Source: Eremomyces bilateralis CBS 781.70
Lineage: Eukaryota
NCBI GenBank assembly: GCA_010015585.1
Contig: ML975167.1
Reading direction: 5' to 3' (one strand)
DNA length: 64,000 nt
Part shown: positions 62,613 to 64,000 of the stretch, in pieces
How the letters are laid out: every line of letters begins with the position of its first letter
Numbering within the stretch: the first letter of the stretch is position 1
Program-made: the position numbers and the translations under genes
Notes under the pieces: model-generated
Databases searched by the model: none
Seen by the model: only the letters and a program-made list of their open reading frames with translations
Told to the model about the DNA's origin: nothing

Positions 62613-63382
62613 TCCCACCCTACGTCAATCGCTCCGATACCTCCCTCTTCGTTTCCTTTCCCCTCCCCCCCTCCTCTTCCCCCCGCCTACTGACCCTCCC
62701 CCAATCACCACATTCGTTTGATTTGATATAATATTCTGTTCCCCAAGGAGGCCAACCCCCGGTTCTAGCCTCGATGCACCGCCGCGTGCCACAGTTGCCG
62801 CCTCTCTAAAGTCTAACGCCCGCACATCGGATCGGTTTTCCTGGCTTCTTGCAACCTCCAGATTTGTTTACGGAGGAGATAATTGACGGGCGCTTACCTT
62901 GATTCTTTTCCTCGTCACTCGCTCGGCCTGTTGTGTGCTTGTTTCCATTAATTTGTTGCCGACCTGCATCTTCAAATCCAATCGTTGGACCCCACCACCA
63001 TCGTTTCTGTATCGGACCTCATGCACTCCACCTTCGTTAGGATCTCTTCCTCGTTGTCGTTGTTGGACCGTCTCTACGGAGGTACTGTTGTCAAGATTGT
63101 CAATCTGGGACTTGGTCGACAGTAACGTGTGCGTGCTTACGGTGACACGTCCGCCGCCTGTTGCTGTATATACCGCATAGATTCCCTTCTTGATCTCTTT
63201 TGCCTCCCCCGGTTGTGTTTTGTGACCCTTTCACGTTGGGCCATCAGCCTTGTGTATCCCCAACTTCCCTCCAGTTATACGCTCAGTCCGTCCTGCCGCA
63301 TCCCACTGTCACCTTGGCTACCAAATCTCTTCTTCGTGTCTCTCTTCCGCGGGCACATCCCACTTGGGTCCTCTGGCACGCT

Positions 63383-64000
63383 ATGGAAAGGCCGTCTTCT
63401 CGTGAACGGCAATGGACGAATCCCGAGATTGTATGTAGACCTCCCTCATCAAAGCCGTTCCGTGAAGATTCGACGTTGAGGACATGTTCCGATGGATATT
63501 GTGGCTAATTGTTGCACAGGTCGATCTTCTAGCGGAGATCATCAAAGCCGGAACTGTGGCACCAGAAATCCTCTTCAGATTCGTCCAAGACATCGGAATC
63601 CAGCCCAAGTGGGAAGATATTCCGCTTCCGCAAGGTAAATATGCGCCAAATCGACTCTGGAATCCTGACATTTCCGGTCAAGTGTGACTGACAGCATCGA
63701 TTTGTACAGGACGGTCGCTCAACCAATGCCGACAACTGTTCGATACTCTTCGTGTGCACATCCCGTATAGCGCCCCACCAGGCTTTCCATCCTCTCCATA
63801 CGGTAGCTCCGGTCCTCTCGCTCGTCCAGGAAGTCCTTCACGAAAACGTCCCCTTGCGCCTGATACCACGGGCCCTCTGCTGCCTCCGCAAGTTACGGGG
63901 GGTGGTCGCCCTCTCCAGCCGAAGCCACAACCGCAACCCCATGCGCCACTTCACTCACAACATGGGCACCAACTTCAAGCTCTCCCTTCGCCCGACCGCG
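63383..64000 (+). CDS. Fungal hypothetical protein, partial (runs off the window); introns 63431-63519 and 63635-63709
   Basis: Spliced MERPSSRERQWTNPEI|VDLLAEIIK...IQPKWEDIPLPQG|RSLNQC then a Pro-rich region. Splice sites are canonical and the frame stays open to the window end. Confidence 0.75.

Overview
Gene-dense window from a filamentous ascomycete (Pezizomycotina-type), with short GT-AG introns and CTRAY branch sites. I find 19 protein-coding genes, mostly housekeeping: CK1-gamma/YCK kinase, SOK1/Tcp11, COX5, GAPDH, HDA1/Clr3, a hypothetical protein, QCR10 (missed by the ORF track), PUP2, then an accessory block (AA9 LPMO, beta-lactamase-family esterase, GH43), then SEC16, NEO1, PMA1, PFK26, a DUF202 protein, RNase H1 and a partial hypothetical gene. 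I saw no tRNA, rRNA, transposon or CRISPR array, and no unmistakable novel multi-gene system. The best leads are: (1) a 113-bp tandem duplication that may have created a new intron; (2) recurrent GC-rich islands where C-skew flips to G-skew, visible at synonymous sites; (3) a probable non-AUG mitochondrial N-terminal extension of RNase H1; (4) a dense cluster of PacC sites upstream of pma1; (5) a shared E-box plus CCAAT promoter layout for COX5 and QCR10. All family calls come from recognised motifs, not database searches.
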